32,000 bases of DNA from Crocosphaera sp. (lineage in GTDB: Bacteria > Cyanobacteriota > Cyanobacteriia > Cyanobacteriales > Microcystaceae), in contig NZ_JASJEB010000104.1 in the NCBI RefSeq assembly GCF_030064895.1, positions 1,745-33,744 of the forward strand, in the 5' to 3' direction. Below, piece after piece: positions 30,551 through 32,000 of the stretch. A model generated the notes under the pieces. The model was not told the DNA's origin. It saw nothing but the letters and a program-made list of their open reading frames with translations, and ran no database searches. How positions within the stretch are numbered: position 1 is the first letter of the stretch; the number at the start of each line of letters is the position of its first letter. The position numbers and the translations under genes are program-made.

Positions 30551-31099
30551 TTAATAACTTGAATTATTGCAAGAAAGATAATTGGAATTTACCCAACCTT
30601 CTAAACCATTAACTTGACTATTAGGTCCTTGAACTACTTTAACTTTGTACCAAATATTTTGTTGAGAAATAAAGCGAACAATATTCCCATTATTCAGTCC
30701 TGCTCTTGATTCTCCATTGGGGTTAAAACGTAAAGCTAGTTGACCTCTTTGAATATTAATTACTTCACAAAAAGTTGCATTACTTGGGTTTGGCTGATTA
30801 GATTGTAAGCGAATTTGACTGCGATGAATATATCCCAGTTGCCCACAAGCATCTGTCAAATACCAACCGTTTTCTGACCCATAAATATTAATTGGTATTA
30901 CTCTATTTACCGAGCAAATAATTCTGCCATTGGGACTCATTCTTACATTAGAAGGAGGGTCAAAAACTACTGCTTGATTAATGGGTTGTGCTGTTAATTT
31001 TTGACTTTCTAATACCGAAAAACCATTACTTAGTAATAAGCTTAAACTAATTATGGCTAATTTAGTTCTATTTATCATAGAAAATAATGCTGCAATCAA
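30551..31099 (-). CDS. Secreted SH3-like (bacterial SH3) domain protein
   Basis: Signal-like N-terminus; repeated SNVRMSPNGRIICSVNR and ...GENGWYLTDACGQLGYIHRS modules. Confidence 0.6.
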   Translation of the reverse strand: MIAALFSMINRTKLAIISLSLLLSNGFSVLESQKLTAQPINQAVVFDPPSNVRMSPNGRIICSVNRVIPINIYGSENGWYLTDACGQLGYIHRSQIRLQSNQPNPSNATFCEVINIQRGQLALRFNPNGESRAGLNNGNIVRFISQQNIWYKVKVVQGPNSQVNGLEGWVNSNYLSCNNSSY

Positions 31100-31184
31100 T
31101 TATATCAATCTTCACTCTATAACACCCAGAACCAAAATTATGTTAAAACATATATAGATTTGTAATTAAACTTAAGGAGTTATC

Positions 31185-32000
31185 GTGGTAGCCTCAGAAC
31201 CAAAACCCAACTTGATCAATGAAGAAAAGTTGTTTCTTCAACAAGAAGAAGAGACATTTCAATGGAAAAAACAATGGTATCCTGTAGCTGTTATTGATCA
31301 TATTGATGCCTCTCATCCCCATCAAATCCAACTATTAGGAAAAAACTTAGTTTTGTGGCGAGATGGAGACAATAAATGGCGATGTTTTGACGATGTTTGT
31401 CCTCATCGTTTGGTTCCTTTATCGGAAGGAAGGATTGAGTCTGATGGGACATTATTATGTGCTTATCATGCTTGGAGATTTGATGGAGAAGGTAATTGTG
31501 TCAAAATTCCTCAGTCAAAAGATGCAGTAACAGAAGCTAAAAATTGCTCTAATTCTAAAGCTTGTGCTATTAGTTATCCCGTCAAAGAATTACAGGGTTT
31601 AATCTGGGTTTGGGGTGAATCTGGACAACAAGCAAAAGTTGAAAGTGAGTTAAGAAAACCTCGTCTTATTCCTGAATTAGAAGAGACATCTGATCGTGTT
31701 ATAAAATTGTATTGGTATCAAAGAGATTTACCTTTTGGTTGGGATTTTTACATGGAAAATGTGATGGACCCGGCCCATGTTCCTGTGTCTCATCATGGTC
31801 TTTATGGGAACCGTTATTCTGATGCTAAGTATTATGATATGATTCCCGTTCGGAAGGTCTCAACTCAAGAGGGTTTTTCCTTTGAAATTCCTCCTATTGA
31901 TCCTAGTTTTGGCACAGGAATACAAGATTTTCAACCCCCTTGTCATCATCGTATTGAGTTAACCTCTAATGATCAAAGACAATTAATATTAGCCTTATAG
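31185..32000 (+). CDS. Rieske 2Fe-2S oxygenase, PaO/Tic55-like; ends in TAG at 31998-32000, probably C-terminally truncated
   Basis: CPHRLVPLSEGRIESDGTLLCAYHAWRFD (Rieske CxH...CxxH) and NVMDPAHVPVSHHG (mononuclear iron site). Confidence 0.85.
   Translation: MVASEPKPNLINEEKLFLQQEEETFQWKKQWYPVAVIDHIDASHPHQIQLLGKNLVLWRDGDNKWRCFDDVCPHRLVPLSEGRIESDGTLLCAYHAWRFDGEGNCVKIPQSKDAVTEAKNCSNSKACAISYPVKELQGLIWVWGESGQQAKVESELRKPRLIPELEETSDRVIKLYWYQRDLPFGWDFYMENVMDPAHVPVSHHGLYGNRYSDAKYYDMIPVRKVSTQEGFSFEIPPIDPSFGTGIQDFQPPCHHRIELTSNDQRQLILAL

Noticed and set aside
1-32000. CRISPR arrays, tRNA/rRNA genes, intact transposons, phage modules
   Set aside because: No spaced direct repeats, cloverleaf-like sequences or complete transposase or phage structural genes were recognised. 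GCGATCGC occurrences (for example 3-10, 1760-1767, 16289-16296, 16463-16470, 22065-22072, 23021-23028) are ordinary HIP1 sites.

Overview
AT-rich cyanobacterial window with many HIP1-type GCGATCGC octamers. The gene content looks like chromosomal housekeeping DNA: ndhF1, ccmO, ppc, lpxC, an Omp85/BamA-like gene and purC. It is interspersed with accessory material. The accessory features supported by the sequence are: (i) a type II-like restriction endonuclease/adenine methyltransferase pair whose endonuclease frame carries a TAA 17 codons after the best upstream ATG; (ii) a large DUF3854/CyRepA1-like plasmid-type replication/helicase protein whose stop codon abuts a (GGGGAGAT)n minisatellite with 32-bp higher-order periodicity; (iii) a short possible TnpB-like C-terminal remnant directly upstream of ndhF1; (iv) a solitary DNA methyltransferase next to a VapB-like antitoxin whose VapC/PIN partner is decayed; (v) a Rieske/PaO-like oxygenase that stops early at the window edge. 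I saw no CRISPR array, tRNA, rRNA or intact prophage. I found no clearly new multi-gene system. The CyRepA-like gene with its repeat is the best candidate for follow-up.
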